Assembly (NCBI GenBank): GCA_017476885.1
Contig: JAFUYX010000039.1
Coordinates: 1-46,557, forward strand
DNA length: 46,557 bases
Reading direction: 5' to 3'
Source: Bacilli bacterium
GTDB lineage: Bacteria; Bacillota_I; Bacilli_A; RF39; UBA660
Made by a program: the position numbers and the translations under genes. Positions 46,220-46,557 of the stretch are shown one piece after another (position 1 is the stretch's first letter; each line of letters begins with the position of its first letter). Below the pieces are notes generated by a model. The model ran no database searches. It was not told the origin of the DNA and worked only from the letters and a program-made list of their open reading frames with translations.

Positions 46220-46557
46220 ATGGAACTAGAAATTGAAAAACTAGATTATGAAGGAAAAGGAATTGCAAGAAAAGACCATAAAATTATATTCATCCCAAGA
46301 ACTCTGCCAAACGAAACCATAGAGGCTTCCATTATCAAAGAAAATAAGAACTATTCAATAGGGAAGTGTCAAAAAATATTAAAAAAAAGTCCTTTAAGAG
46401 TGGAATCCTATTGCCCTTATGCAAGCCAATGTGGAGGATGCAGTTATGATATCGTATCTTATGAAGAGTCCCTTAAAATAAAGAAGAATGCCATTCAAGA
46501 ATTATTTCAAAAGAATGGTATATCAATAGAAAATTTAGAAATAGAAGCGTCCAATCA
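46220..46557 (+). CDS. RumA/TrmA-family RNA (uracil-5)-methyltransferase, N-terminal part (runs off the window)
   Basis: MELEIEKLDYEGKGIARKDHKIIFIP TRAM domain. 4Fe-4S ligands CPYASQCGGC. Open to the window end. Confidence 0.75.
   Translation, partial: MELEIEKLDYEGKGIARKDHKIIFIPRTLPNETIEASIIKENKNYSIGKCQKILKKSPLRVESYCPYASQCGGCSYDIVSYEESLKIKKNAIQELFQKNGISIENLEIEASN

Noticed and set aside
1-46557. CRISPR arrays, IS elements/transposases, integrases and rRNA genes.
   Set aside because: No regularly spaced direct repeats, terminal inverted repeats with a transposase ORF, integrase motifs or rRNA-like sequence were seen anywhere in the window.

Overview
This is a 46.6-kb, very AT-rich chromosomal segment (about 30% GC by eye) from an endospore-forming Firmicute. 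All calls rest on motif recognition and reading the sequence; no homology search was run.

Most of the window is housekeeping, with Bacillus-like synteny:
- spoVB / comN-like / MBL hydrolase-relA-dtd
- an Asn T-box leader followed by asnS-orf-gatCAB
- dnaG-sigA-trmK-yqfQ-like
- a gerA-type germinant receptor operon
- a tRNA Gln/Met(CAT)/Leu cluster

Ion homeostasis and envelope genes are also present: a copA P-type ATPase, a CDF transporter, a Ca-type P-type ATPase, a TetR-MMPL-coiled-coil operon, a DD-carboxypeptidase and several lipoproteins.

Four things stand out:
1. Two tandem paralogous modules lie just downstream of the tRNA cluster (about 21.6-22.35 kb). Each encodes a 30-aa hydrophobic peptide on the minus strand, with a convergent plus-strand small RNA unit and overlapping terminators. 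This is the architecture of a type I toxin-antitoxin system.
2. A roughly 140-nt GC-rich, adenine-depleted patch sits at the 3' end of a 688-aa surface-protein gene (37903-38044). It looks like a diversity-generating-retroelement variable region, but no template repeat or reverse transcriptase is in the window.
3. The Rel/SpoT homolog has substitutions at the catalytic residues of its hydrolase (HD) motifs.
4. An unusual number of small genes are inactivated by point lesions: csoR, a prsW-like gene, a DUF296/PPC gene and a NifX-like stub.

No CRISPR array, transposase or rRNA was seen.
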